Below are positions 11,026 to 20,858 of a stretch of DNA of 64,000 nucleotides, piece by piece. The notes below the pieces were generated by a model, which searched no databases, had not been told where the DNA came from, and saw only the letters and a program-made list of their open reading frames with translations. How positions within the stretch are numbered: the first letter of the stretch is position 1; each line of letters starts with the position of its first letter. Location of the stretch: NCBI GenBank assembly GCA_963695555.1, contig CAVOGR010000001.1, forward strand, positions 64,001-128,000, read 5' to 3'. The position numbers were made by a program, and so were the translations under genes. This DNA is from an uncultured Gemmatimonadales bacterium (GTDB taxonomy: Bacteria > Gemmatimonadota > Gemmatimonadetes > Gemmatimonadales > GWC2-71-9).

Positions 11026-11979
11026 TTAGCCTTTCCGTTGCAGAGGCGTGGTTACCTGCGCGGCTTGGAAGTTCTCCACTGCCTCCCGAGTCGGCAAGGA
11101 GGGCTGGGCGCCGAGCCGGGTGGTCGCGAGCGCGCCGGCCAGGGCTGCGAAACGCACGGCATCGGGAATGGCCTGGCCCGTCGCGAGCGCCACGGCCAAC
11201 GCTCCGTTGAACGCGTCCCCTGCTGCCGTTGTGTCGACCGCATCGACTGCCGGTCCCTCGACGAGTCCTGCCCCTGCTCGACTGGCCCAGAACGCACCAT
11301 CGGCGCCGAGGGTGATGACGACAGTGGCGGCGCCCGTGCCGAGCAGGGCAGTTGCCACTGCTTCGGCGGCACGGGCATCGCGCAGGGCGACACCCGAGAG
11401 CACGGTCGCTTCACCCCGGTTCGGCGTGAGCACGGTGACCTGTTCCAGGAGCTCGCGGTCGAGCGGCTGGGCGGGCGCCGGGTTCAGCACCACCGGGACC
11501 CTCGCCGCCTGGGCTAGCCGGGCTGCGTGGCGTACCGTTTCCAGCGGAGTCTCGAGCTGGAGCAGCAGGACATCCGCATCGGTGATGGCGTCTCGGGCAC
11601 GCTCGACGTCGTCGGGGTTCAAGAGGCTGTTGCTGCCTGGCGCCACCGCGATGGCGTTTTCCCCGCGCTCGTCGACGATAATGAGTGCCACCCCCGACGC
11701 GGCATGCGCGTCGCGCACGACGAACTCGGTCTGGATTCCTTCTCTGGTCAGCCCTGCCACGGCGGCGTCGCCGAACCCGTCCATGCCGATTCGCGCGACG
11801 AAGCTCACGTCGGCCCCGAGGCGGGCAGCGGCGACCGCTTGATTGGCGCCCTTACCGCCCGGCGCCGAAATAAATGTGCCGCCCAACACGGTCTCGCCGG
11901 GACGCGGAATGGTCCGGGCCTTGATCACCAAATCGGTGTTGGAGCTTCCGACAACCACCACGCGCGGGCCCCGGCTCAT
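11026..11979 (-). CDS. rbsK: Ribokinase
   Basis: VVGSSNTD, PGGKGANQA, LLQLE, NPAPA, DTTAAGDAF; ATGA overlap with the upstream gene. Confidence 0.93.
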   Translation of the reverse strand: MSRGPRVVVVGSSNTDLVIKARTIPRPGETVLGGTFISAPGGKGANQAVAAARLGADVSFVARIGMDGFGDAAVAGLTREGIQTEFVVRDAHAASGVALIIVDERGENAIAVAPGSNSLLNPDDVERARDAITDADVLLLQLETPLETVRHAARLAQAARVPVVLNPAPAQPLDRELLEQVTVLTPNRGEATVLSGVALRDARAAEAVATALLGTGAATVVITLGADGAFWASRAGAGLVEGPAVDAVDTTAAGDAFNGALAVALATGQAIPDAVRFAALAGALATTRLGAQPSLPTREAVENFQAAQVTTPLQRKG

Positions 11980-12944
11980 GGCCGGAGCACCGAATAGAGC
12001 AGCGCTTTCCATGCGGGGATGTCGATCTCCCAGCAGACCGTGGCATTGGGCTCGCGGGACGTAATCGCGTTCCACACCGCGAAGTTGCGTTCGTCATCCG
12101 CGATGCCCAGCGCGTCTACCACCGTCATACCTCGGGTCAGTTCGCTCTGCGTCTCGATGTCGACCCAGTGGCGGCTCCGCCGGGTGCAGATGCCCGGGTC
12201 GATGGTGATGGCCATGGCGACCGGATCGGGGAGCGCAAGTCCCGGATCGCCCGATTGGCGGCGGTTGGCCTCGAGGGCCACGCGGTTCGAGTCGAGCGTG
12301 AAATGGGCGAGCGGCGTGTCGTAGGCTCGGACGGCTTCCATTTCGGGCACGGTGAGATTGGCCTCCTGCCGGCACAATTCCCAGCCTACCATCTCGAGCG
12401 GCAACCCGGCGTGGAACACGATCCGGGCAGCCTCGGGATCGACCCAGATGTTGTACTCCGCGGCGGGGGTGACGTTGCCAACGGTGCAGGCGGCGCCACC
12501 CATGACCACGCAGCGGCCGATCTGCGGGACGATGTCGGGAGCGCGCTGGACGGCGAGGGCCACGTTGGTCAGGGGGCCCAGGGTTACCAGCTCGATGCCG
12601 GGATTGGCGCGCACCCGATCGATCAAGACATCGACTGCGTCGTCTGTGCCGGGGGCCCGAGCCGGTGCGGGGTAGTGCTGATTGCCGAGGCCGTCGCTGC
12701 CGTGGAAGAAGTGAGCGAACGCCGCCTCTCGGGTGAGCGGCTTTGCGGCCCCACGATACACGGGGACGTCGCTGCCGCAGAGTTCGGCGGTGTAGAGCGC
12801 GTTCCGGACCCCTTGGTCCACGTTCACGTTGCCGGACACGACGGTGATCGCGACGACCTCAACTTCGGGGTGTCGGAGCGCCATGATGAGGGCCACCGCG
12901 TCATCGGACGCGGTATCGGTGTCGATCAGGAGCCGGCGAGTCAT
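11976..12944 (-). CDS. Nucleoside hydrolase (IU-NH family)
   Basis: DTDTASDD, GNV, HGSDGLG, LGPLTN, AEYNIWVDPEAA. Confidence 0.93.
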   Translation of the reverse strand: MTRRLLIDTDTASDDAVALIMALRHPEVEVVAITVVSGNVNVDQGVRNALYTAELCGSDVPVYRGAAKPLTREAAFAHFFHGSDGLGNQHYPAPARAPGTDDAVDVLIDRVRANPGIELVTLGPLTNVALAVQRAPDIVPQIGRCVVMGGAACTVGNVTPAAEYNIWVDPEAARIVFHAGLPLEMVGWELCRQEANLTVPEMEAVRAYDTPLAHFTLDSNRVALEANRRQSGDPGLALPDPVAMAITIDPGICTRRSRHWVDIETQSELTRGMTVVDALGIADDERNFAVWNAITSREPNATVCWEIDIPAWKALLYSVLRP

Positions 12945-13007
12945 GGGTAGACGGCCGGGCCGGAAAGGGAGGGGGAGTGGGAGGAGGAGGAAATACCCTG
13001 CCTCTGC

Positions 13008-13370
13008 CTATCCGCTCATGTTAAAGAAGAGTTGCGGCGACGCCTGATGCCGCTGGTCGACTTTTGCCTCGCCCATCGCCACCAGGATGTACAGGATGTT
13101 GAGCGCCTCGAGGGCCGTCCGGAATTGCCGGGGACGCTTGTTGCGCTTCGCGACTTCTTGGGACGTCAATCCCTTGGCACCGGCAAAACGCTTGCGGACG
13201 TAGTCGACCGCTTCAATGTTCACGATATTGAAGTTCCCGGCGTTGCGTTTGGCCCGGGAGAAGGACATGACGAAAAAGTGCTTGCGGCCCTCGAAGATGT
13301 AATAGGTTTGCCGCTTGCCTTGCGCTTCGCCCACGTAGGCCAACCCCTTGGCCAGGCTCTTGATGTCCAT
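13008..13370 (-). CDS. Hypothetical basic protein (120 aa)
   Basis: RBS GGAGG; fills the intergenic gap; Lys/Arg-rich. Confidence 0.75.
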   Translation of the reverse strand: MDIKSLAKGLAYVGEAQGKRQTYYIFEGRKHFFVMSFSRAKRNAGNFNIVNIEAVDYVRKRFAGAKGLTSQEVAKRNKRPRQFRTALEALNILYILVAMGEAKVDQRHQASPQLFFNMSG

Positions 13371-13483
13371 GCTGCCTCCGCTCGAAGCCAGAGGAATCCG
13401 ACCTACTGGAACGCCGCTCCCCTATCATTATCGGCGCCGGACGCCTGTGAGACAAGGTGCCGGTGGTCGCGAGGGGAGTTGTC

Positions 13484-14494
13484 ATGGGTGACGATCGCAC
13501 GCTCACGATTCTCTGTGGCGGCGACGTCATGCTGGGGCGGGGGGTCAACGCGATCGTTCGGCAAGAGGGGGCGGCGCACCCTTTCGCCTCGCTCACGCAC
13601 GTCACCCGGCACGCCGACCTGTTTATGACCAACCTGGAGTGCGCGCTCTCGACCGTCCCACGCCGCTATGCCGGCCCGCCCAAAGCCTTCTACTTCATCG
13701 CCGATCCCACTGGTGCGGACGTCCTGACCTACGCCGGCATCGGGCTGGTGAGTCTCGCGAACAATCACGCCCTGGATGCTGACGCGTCGGGCCTCGGCGA
13801 CACGCTCCGGCTGTTGGAGGGCGCGAACATCGCCCACGCTGGTGCGGGGATGAACCAGGAGGAGGCGGAACGACCGGCAATCGTGGACCGCTCGGGGGTC
13901 CGGCTCGGACTCCTCTCGTGCTGCGATCACCAAGCAGATTTCTCGGCGGGGGTCGACCGGCCGGGGATCTGGTATCTGAACCTCGAGGAGCCATACGGTC
14001 AGGTATCCTTGCTCGATCATGTCGAGGCACTGGCGAACCGGGTGGATCACCTCGTCGTGGCGCTCCATTGGCAGCCGAACTGGGCGCCGGTGGTGCCGCC
14101 GAGCTACCGCCGCCTGGCCCGCTCGCTGGCCGATGCGGGGGCGCGGATGGTGTGGGGCCACAGCCCGCATCATTTCCAGGGCGTCGAATGGATGGGGAGC
14201 GAGGCGGTGACGCTCTACTCGGTGGGAGATCTCGTGACCGATTACGCGGTCGATCGGGGATACCGGAACGATCGGCAATTGCTGTTCGAGGTGACCATGG
14301 CGCCGGGCAGGGTCTCGCGGATCCGGGCACTGCCCGTAGAACTCGGATATGCCGAGACCCGCCCAGCCTTGGGCGCCGCGCGGAAGTGGATCGCCCGGCG
14401 CTTTGGAACCGCGTGCAGGCAGGTTGGGAGCCGGGTACACGACGCCGGCGAGTGGCTCGATGTGCAGCCTTCGAGCGAGAGCTACGTTCGCTGA
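13484..14494 (+). CDS. CapA-family metallophosphoesterase
   Basis: GDVMLGR, NLE, LANNHALD, LHW, GHSPH and YSVGD; RBS GAGGGGAG. Confidence 0.9.
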   Translation: MGDDRTLTILCGGDVMLGRGVNAIVRQEGAAHPFASLTHVTRHADLFMTNLECALSTVPRRYAGPPKAFYFIADPTGADVLTYAGIGLVSLANNHALDADASGLGDTLRLLEGANIAHAGAGMNQEEAERPAIVDRSGVRLGLLSCCDHQADFSAGVDRPGIWYLNLEEPYGQVSLLDHVEALANRVDHLVVALHWQPNWAPVVPPSYRRLARSLADAGARMVWGHSPHHFQGVEWMGSEAVTLYSVGDLVTDYAVDRGYRNDRQLLFEVTMAPGRVSRIRALPVELGYAETRPALGAARKWIARRFGTACRQVGSRVHDAGEWLDVQPSSESYVR

Positions 14495-15954
14495 GGTTCC
14501 GTCATCTCACGCACCGAGCGGCGGATGTCCTCCATACAGACTTCCATGCGATCCTTGTGGGTGCGGAAGCTCAACACGCAAATGCGGATCACGAACCGGC
14601 CGTCGAGCAGCGTCCCCGTGAGGTGGACGCGCCCCTTGGCGTTGATCCGATCCAGCAGCTCCCGATTCCGGCGGTTGGCTTCGTCCGGGGCGTGGCCGGC
14701 CGAGCGCAGCGCGAAGGCCACGATCGAGAGTTGGGGCTCGGCCACGATTTCGAGCGCCTCGATGAGGCGGAGTTGTCCGGCGGCCCACTCGGTCAGGTCG
14801 AGCTTTTCGTCCAGCGCCGCCCGGAACACCGCGGCGCCATGCATCTTGAGGGGCAGCCACACGCGCAACCCGCGAAAGTCCCGAGACAACTCGGGCGAGA
14901 TGGTGCAGTAGTCGATGAATTCGTCGGAGTGCTGGAGGCCCGGCATGTAATCCGCGGTTGCACTGTGCGCCTGCCTGAGCGTATCGAGTGTGCGCACCAA
15001 GAGGCATCCCGTGCCGTAAGGTAAGAACAGCCCTTTGTGAGGGTCGAGCGTGATGGAATCGGCCCGCTCGATGCCGGCAAGGCGGAGTTGGCCGCGCTCG
15101 GTCAGGATGAAGAACCCGCCGTACGCCGCGTCCACATGAAACCAGAGGCCCTCTCGTTCGGCGAGTGTCGCCAGGGCGGAGAGGTCGTCGACCGCGCCGG
15201 TATTGGTGGTGCCCGCGCTCCCAACCAGAAAGAAAGGCCGGGCCCCGCTGCGTCGGTCCGCTGCGATCTGGCGCTCCAGGGCGTCGAGGCGGATCGCGCG
15301 CCGCTGGTCAGTCGGAATCTGACGCACGTTGGCGGCAGGAAACCCGGCCAGCATTGCCGCCTTCAGCACCGAGTGATGTACCTGGTCGGAGGCGTACAGG
15401 GTGCCGGTCAGGAAATGTTCCGGCAGCCGTTGACGCCGCGCCGCGACCAGGGCAGTGAGATTGGCCAGCGAGCCGCCGGAGGTGAGCGTGCCGCCCGCGG
15501 TCCGCGGATAGCCAACCATCTCGTTGAACCACCGAATGACGTTGGTCTCGAGCTGAACCAAACCCGGCGCGGCGATCCACACCCCGACGTAGCGATTCAA
15601 CGCATTTGCCACGAGGTCGGCCACGGCTGCGTGGAACAGACCGCCGCCCGGGATGTAGGCGAGGTAGCCGGGTCCCGCGGTGTTGAGGCCCTTCGGAGCC
15701 GCCCGGTCGAAGATGAGGTCGATGAGGTCCCGGGCGGCGGTGCCCGTTTCGGGCAAATCTTCCACCAGTGACCGTGCGAGTTCGGCGCCGCCCGTCAGGT
15801 CCGCCGCGGGCTGGTCCGGCAGGGACTGGATGAATGCGATGATGCGCTCGGTTACGGCCTCCGTCAGCTCCCGCATGGCGTCCGGGGGCAGCTCCAGGGG
15901 GTGGACCGCGGCGGGGGCCGTCGTCGAACCAGGTGAAAAGGGAGCGGTAGACAT
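14482..15954 (-). CDS. Group II PLP-dependent (aromatic amino acid-type) decarboxylase
   Basis: YLAYIPGG, TSGGSLAN, HHSVLKA, GTTNTGAVD, HVDAAYGG and DPHK (PLP lysine). Confidence 0.92.
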   Translation of the reverse strand: MSTAPFSPGSTTAPAAVHPLELPPDAMRELTEAVTERIIAFIQSLPDQPAADLTGGAELARSLVEDLPETGTAARDLIDLIFDRAAPKGLNTAGPGYLAYIPGGGLFHAAVADLVANALNRYVGVWIAAPGLVQLETNVIRWFNEMVGYPRTAGGTLTSGGSLANLTALVAARRQRLPEHFLTGTLYASDQVHHSVLKAAMLAGFPAANVRQIPTDQRRAIRLDALERQIAADRRSGARPFFLVGSAGTTNTGAVDDLSALATLAEREGLWFHVDAAYGGFFILTERGQLRLAGIERADSITLDPHKGLFLPYGTGCLLVRTLDTLRQAHSATADYMPGLQHSDEFIDYCTISPELSRDFRGLRVWLPLKMHGAAVFRAALDEKLDLTEWAAGQLRLIEALEIVAEPQLSIVAFALRSAGHAPDEANRRNRELLDRINAKGRVHLTGTLLDGRFVIRICVLSFRTHKDRMEVCMEDIRRSVREMTEPQRT

Positions 15955-16108
15955 AGAAGCAAAGGTAGCGCAACGCTTTGGGGCGATCAAAGCGCGGGTT
16001 GGGTGACGCGGATCACCGACCGAGGGCGCGCTCCAGCCACCTTGTATGGTTGCACCCGGAGGTGTTTCCGGTACTATTCGAGCAATTCCCATCTCAAGGA
16101 AAGCACCT

Positions 16109-17053
16109 ATGCGATCGCATCCTGTGAGTACCTCGCTCGTGGCCGCTCTTGCGATTATGGTCGGCGTGACGGCCTGCAGTGACTCGGCCGGAGTCGATCC
16201 CGGCGATCCGGCCGTGTTGAGCGCTGCCGAAGTCGCGGACATAGGGGATACGTTCGAGGAGGAGGCGGACCTGTCGTTTGGGGCCCTCTTTCATCGCGGG
16301 ACCCTGGGATGGTTCGATCTCTCCATGCCCAGTCTCAAGGCACTCTTCCCACCGGGCACCAGAGCCCATCTCCCGTCCCCGCTCATTGCCTGTCTCAGTG
16401 CAAGCCCGCTGCCGATCGACGACCCCGACGGCGACGGCGTTCCCACTGACCTGACGATTTCGTTCGACCCGGCCGGATGCGAATTCACCAACCCGAAGCG
16501 AGGGGCGCGCTTTGCCCTGACCGGGTCCGTGAACGTGAGCGATCCGCTGCCCAATAGCCCGGGTTACGATCTCATGGAGGTTCTGACCGACTTCGGCCAC
16601 ACCTTCACGAGTGGAAACGGAGCACACACGGCCCAGATGACCCGGAATGGGACCCGCAGCGTGAGCCAGGGCACCAACATGTTAACGGCGGTCGAGCAAC
16701 TCGTCAGCGCGCGAAGCGGAACGCTCGGACCCGAAAAGGCCGTGACATCCGATTGGGTGGTGGAATTCACCGGTGATGCCGACATCATGCACGGTGACCC
16801 GTTGCCGAGCGGTTCGATCACCATCGAGGGGGCCTGGACGTTCACCCGTGGCCCCCAGGTCCGGGAGTTTGGTATGACAACCGTCACCCCGCTGGTCTAC
16901 GATGCCAGCTGTACGAGCGACCGGCCCAGCCGCCGGATCGCCGCCGGCGAGCTGCATGCGGAGCTCGTAGTCGACGGGGTCCTTCGGGGGACGCTCTCGG
17001 TGGTGTGGGCCGGGTGCGGTACTGCGCCCACCAGGCTATTCACGCCTGCCTGA
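16109..17053 (+). CDS. Uncharacterized beta-rich lipoprotein
   Basis: RBS AAGGA; lipobox VTAC; DPDGDG motif. Confidence 0.8.
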   Translation: MRSHPVSTSLVAALAIMVGVTACSDSAGVDPGDPAVLSAAEVADIGDTFEEEADLSFGALFHRGTLGWFDLSMPSLKALFPPGTRAHLPSPLIACLSASPLPIDDPDGDGVPTDLTISFDPAGCEFTNPKRGARFALTGSVNVSDPLPNSPGYDLMEVLTDFGHTFTSGNGAHTAQMTRNGTRSVSQGTNMLTAVEQLVSARSGTLGPEKAVTSDWVVEFTGDADIMHGDPLPSGSITIEGAWTFTRGPQVREFGMTTVTPLVYDASCTSDRPSRRIAAGELHAELVVDGVLRGTLSVVWAGCGTAPTRLFTPA

Positions 17054-17078
17054 TCGCGGGCCCACAGCTGAGCGCAAT

Positions 17079-17108
17079 AGAGGCGCGGCTCGCATGAGCC
17101 GCGCCTCT
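17079..17108. terminator. Hairpin between convergent genes
   Basis: AGAGGCGCGGCTC-GCAT-GAGCCGCGCCTCT, a perfect 13-bp stem. Confidence 0.7.
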
Positions 17109-17132
17109 TCGCGTTCCGGGGGACTTGGATCG

Positions 17133-17957
17133 TCAGGAAAACCACTCGGTGTAGAGATCTGGCCTCCGATCCTTCCAAAAGAGTCGGCGGGCGTGCGAGG
17201 TACTGCAAAGCGAGAGGTCCACATCTACCATGAGGAGATCCTCCTCGAGCCGCCTGCCGCGGGCGATGATTCGGCCCGACGGATCCACGGCGAACGACTC
17301 GCCCGCGAAGGACAGGTGCTCCTCTTTGCCGACACGGTTGCACAGGGCCGCGAAGTACCCGTTCTGGAACGCGGCGGTGCGCACCTCCGCTTCATACAGA
17401 CCCTCCGGCCATTCATCGACCGCGCCTGCCTGCGGAATGACGACTAACTCGGCGCCCGCGAGGCCCAAGGCGCGCATGTACTCCGGGAAGTGGCGATCGT
17501 AGCAGATCGCCACGCCGACCGCGCCGATGCGCGTGTGATACACCGGTGCCCCGTGGTCTCCAGGGCTGTAGTACGCCTGTTCGTGAAACCCGGGATAGTC
17601 GGTGATGTGGATCATGCGGGTTACGCCAAGGAGGGAACCGTCGGCGTCGATCACGGGCGACGAGTCGAAACAGCGATCCGACTCGGGATCGCGCTCGTAG
17701 AGGTTGAAGACGGTCACCAGCTCCAGCTCGGCCGCGCGGCGGGCGATGGCATCGGTCGTTGGCCCAGGCACCGGTTCGGCGAGGCGTCGTGCCTCCGCTG
17801 CGTCGGGCTGCTGGGGGAAGAAACGGTCGACGGCGAGCTCCGGGAACGCCACCAGGTCCGCGCCATGGGCCTTGGCGTCGGTCATGGCCGAGAGACCCCG
17901 CGCGAGATTGGCGGCGCGGTCCGGCCCGCACGCGTACTGTATCAAACCGATCTTCAT
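17133..17957 (-). CDS. Carbon-nitrogen hydrolase (nitrilase superfamily; N-carbamoyl amidase-like)
   Basis: FPEL, ICYDRHFPE, NRVG, FAGES and RRPDLY. Confidence 0.9.
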   Translation of the reverse strand: MKIGLIQYACGPDRAANLARGLSAMTDAKAHGADLVAFPELAVDRFFPQQPDAAEARRLAEPVPGPTTDAIARRAAELELVTVFNLYERDPESDRCFDSSPVIDADGSLLGVTRMIHITDYPGFHEQAYYSPGDHGAPVYHTRIGAVGVAICYDRHFPEYMRALGLAGAELVVIPQAGAVDEWPEGLYEAEVRTAAFQNGYFAALCNRVGKEEHLSFAGESFAVDPSGRIIARGRRLEEDLLMVDVDLSLCSTSHARRLFWKDRRPDLYTEWFS

Positions 17958-18141
17958 GCACAAAACTCCTCGGGTTTATTCGAGCTACCGAATCGGGGTG
18001 ACGACCGTCGAAGCACAAGGAGAAATGTATTTTGCCACAATATTTCTTCATATGGGCTTCACCGCCACAAGCGGGACCGCTGGTTAGGTTGCCATGGCTC
18101 CATTAGCTGGAATTCAAGTGCAGAGGGGTCAGGAGGTGCCC

Positions 18142-18423
18142 ATGGTTATGAAGGAGATTGATCTCGACTCGGCGCGGAACATCGGGAACCAGATCGGAGT
18201 CGAGTGGCGGGTGGTGGATGTCCGGGAATTTCGCAAGGGACTCGAGGTGGAGCTCGAGCACGGCTCGCGTGATCCGCAAACCAATGTCACGAATGACGAC
18301 ATGGTACTGACGGGCAAGATCGCCTTGGCGCATCTGAAGGAAGTCCCGGATTACTACAGTCGGCTGGAGAAGATGGAAGCCGCGGCATACGCATACTGGG
18401 AGGCCAAGGGGGTCGGCGTCTAG
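18142..18423 (+). CDS. DUF5661-like protein
   Basis: GLEVELEHG...NVTNDD...KIALAHLKEVPDYYSRLEKME; RBS AGGAGG. Confidence 0.8.
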   Translation: MVMKEIDLDSARNIGNQIGVEWRVVDVREFRKGLEVELEHGSRDPQTNVTNDDMVLTGKIALAHLKEVPDYYSRLEKMEAAAYAYWEAKGVGV

Positions 18424-18573
18424 TCGCGTCGAGGACTCGGTCCCACGCACTGCCCATCAGTCCGGCCGCTCGAGGAGAGGGCGGCCGGACTCTTGTTTTG
18501 GGGACGCGATGGTCCCGGGCGGCCTCCCGCCCCATATTTGCTATTGGTTCGTGCCCTATCTGCGGAGAACACC

Positions 18574-18960
18574 ATGCGTACACCAGCTGTGGCGGCCTTG
18601 CTCGCCGTGCCGACCGTTCTCGTCGGGTGTTTCGTCGCTGCGGCCGGGGCGGGGGCAGGGGCGGGAATCTACTTCACGTCACGCGGTGCCGAGTCGCTGG
18701 TCGAAGCGACGGTGGATGGGTTGGCGACTCGCACCCAGGCGACCTTCGCGGAGTTTGGCATCCGTCCCGTCAGCGAGAAGATCGATCACGAGGGCGACAC
18801 GCGTGAGTTCAAGGGGACGAAGGATGATCTCGACGTGACGGTCAAGCTCGAGCGTCGGAGCCCGACGACCACGAAGGTCGAGGTGACCGCCCGCCGCAAC
18901 ATGGCCGAGTGGGACAAGGGATATGCCCAGCAGCTCTTGGCTCGGATTGGTGCGCCCTGA
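18574..18960 (+). CDS. DUF3568-like lipoprotein
   Basis: Lipobox LVGC followed by AAAGAGAGAGIYF and a small alpha/beta domain. Confidence 0.75.
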   Translation: MRTPAVAALLAVPTVLVGCFVAAAGAGAGAGIYFTSRGAESLVEATVDGLATRTQATFAEFGIRPVSEKIDHEGDTREFKGTKDDLDVTVKLERRSPTTTKVEVTARRNMAEWDKGYAQQLLARIGAP

Positions 18961-18995
18961 GGCGGCGGCCCCGATCCGGCCGTGAGTGAGCATCT

Positions 18996-19157
18996 ATGGT
19001 TGAATACGCAATCCTGAATGCTGCGGTGGGTCTCAAGATCCTGGCAGCTCGCGTCACGACCTTCGTGGTGGGAATCGACTGGATGGTCGTTGCCGCGGTG
19101 GCGGGCGGTCTCATCCTACTCCGCCTGGTCATCGGAACCCGAAGGCACCGGGGCTAA
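18996..19157 (+). CDS. Small membrane protein (53 aa), absent from the ORF track
   Basis: MVEYAILNAAVGLKILAARVTTFVVGIDWMVVAAVAGGLILLRLVIGTRRHRG*; TM helix with basic tail; fills the gap exactly. Confidence 0.6.
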   Translation: MVEYAILNAAVGLKILAARVTTFVVGIDWMVVAAVAGGLILLRLVIGTRRHRG

Positions 19158-19173
19158 CCGAAAACGGGTTCTC

Positions 19174-19722
19174 CTACCGACCTGTGCAGGCTGCGTATTT
19201 GGCTGGCGTGTAGCTGATCAGATTCCGCTCGGGTGACGTCTGTGAAACGCGGGTCAGATACTCACCCGGCTGATTGAGCACATCGAAGACCTTGTGCTGC
19301 CGCGCCACCTCGAGCGTGCTCTTCTCGGGAATCTTCCACGCAATATCGAGTCCGATACTGAAACGTTCGCAGGCACGTTCGGCGAGCGTGTAGAGCTTGA
19401 AGTTTCCCATGAACACCCACAACAGGCCCGTGGCTTCGTCCCGCCACACGAGGTGCTTGCTCACGGTGCGCGTCACCAGGCTCCATTGGAGCACGGTAGG
19501 TTGATCGAGGCGACTGAAGTCGCCGGTGGGGGGCAACGGCTCCATCTTACGCGTGGTCAACTGTGAACCGAACACCGCGGCACATTCGTTGATGCGGACG
19601 GCTAAGGCCCCACTGAGGCCGCACGTCTGGACCTGCTGCGCGGTTACGATCCGAGGCTGGGCAACGGCTGCCAACCCTGCGACGACCACCCACCCGAGCG
19701 TCGTTGTCCCCTTCATTGCCAT
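19174..19722 (-). CDS. Secreted Cys-containing protein, DUF1566/Lcl-like
   Basis: RBS GAGGGAG; signal peptide; VWRDEATGLLW...AERAC...WKIP. Confidence 0.6.
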   Translation of the reverse strand: MAMKGTTTLGWVVVAGLAAVAQPRIVTAQQVQTCGLSGALAVRINECAAVFGSQLTTRKMEPLPPTGDFSRLDQPTVLQWSLVTRTVSKHLVWRDEATGLLWVFMGNFKLYTLAERACERFSIGLDIAWKIPEKSTLEVARQHKVFDVLNQPGEYLTRVSQTSPERNLISYTPAKYAACTGR

Positions 19723-19958
19723 CTCTCCCTCGTGTGGGACGAATGCGGACCAAGGCCGCAAGAATGCACCGGTCAAGTTTCCGGGTGCAAGAGGTGCGCC
19801 GCCGCCACCTTCCCACTCGAAAAGGGCACGCTTGACGGTTCCCCGTCTGAGCCCTAGGCTTTCCGTGCCGCTCGGGCACGCCGAGCGGCCGGGCCAGAAT
19901 AGGCCGCGTGGCAGGGGTCTTGCCCCGGCCATGACCGGGAAGGAGGAAAGGTCACCGA

Positions 19959-20501
19959 ATGGTACGCAAACTGAGGCTCAACCTGCCGGCCGGCGCCGGT
20001 CTGGCTGCCGTCCTGCTGGTTCTGATGATAGCCCCCGCCACAGCCATGTCGCAGGAGCGCGACACCGTTGAGCGGTCTTTGGAGCAGGATATTCGGGAGC
20101 GGGTGGACTACGTCAACCGCCAGCTCTTGGTGTATCCGGCGCCGCCCAGCCTCGGTCGCTACCAGATCGACCTCCTGCCCGGCGGCAAGCTCACCATCGA
20201 CAGCTGGCTGAGCGATTCGACGACTCGGCATTACGAGGCGTACATCGAGGACATCGGCAGCGTCAATATCAACATCGAGAGCCGTGACCCGCCGTACACC
20301 ACCACGTTGTTTGTTTGCAAGACCGGTGATTGCTTCGTCGTGCGGGACAACCGGGGCATTCTCAGTGCGAAGGACCGCGGTGGATTCGATTTTGCCTTCG
20401 ACCGGCGGCTGGCTCGACAGATCGAGAAGGCCACCCAGGAATTGCTGGGCTTGGCGATGCGGGATTCGACCTACGGCCCGCCCCATAGTCGAGACAACTA
20501 G
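19959..20501 (+). CDS. Hypothetical secreted protein
   Basis: RBS AAGGAGG; signal peptide ending ATA/AMS; CKTGDC. Confidence 0.7.
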   Translation: MVRKLRLNLPAGAGLAAVLLVLMIAPATAMSQERDTVERSLEQDIRERVDYVNRQLLVYPAPPSLGRYQIDLLPGGKLTIDSWLSDSTTRHYEAYIEDIGSVNINIESRDPPYTTTLFVCKTGDCFVVRDNRGILSAKDRGGFDFAFDRRLARQIEKATQELLGLAMRDSTYGPPHSRDN

Positions 20502-20564
20502 CCCCGATCGACCAATCCCGGGATCGCCCTAGCCGAGTTGCGATCCAGGCGTACATTCTCCTTC

Positions 20565-20858
20565 ATGACGGATCAATACCCCGTTCGAGAGGCGCGTTTG
20601 CGTCCGGAGTATTCCGATCTGTACCCTGCGCTCGCGCCGGGTAAGTGGGAACCGGCTACCACCATCGGTGCGCGCATTCTAATGTGGCAGCTCCGACAGC
20701 CTGGGCCAGTCGACCTCGGCGACCGTCTATTGAACAGCCTGCATTTCGAGTTCCGCGGTGGAGTCCCCGCGGGGCACCCGCGGTATGGCGTGCGAACGCG
20801 CCGAGAAGACCAGCCGGCGCGGAGTGCACGTGAAGGGCGCGGGCCGAAGGAGCAGTAA
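20565..20858 (+). CDS. Hypothetical protein
   Basis: REARLRPEYSDLYP...W...HFEFRGG, a pattern I recall from small Gemmatimonadales proteins. Confidence 0.7.
   Translation: MTDQYPVREARLRPEYSDLYPALAPGKWEPATTIGARILMWQLRQPGPVDLGDRLLNSLHFEFRGGVPAGHPRYGVRTRREDQPARSAREGRGPKEQ

Noticed and set aside
13484..14494. Poly-gamma-glutamate capsule locus
   Set aside because: Only a stand-alone CapA-family domain with no signal anchor; capB and capC are absent
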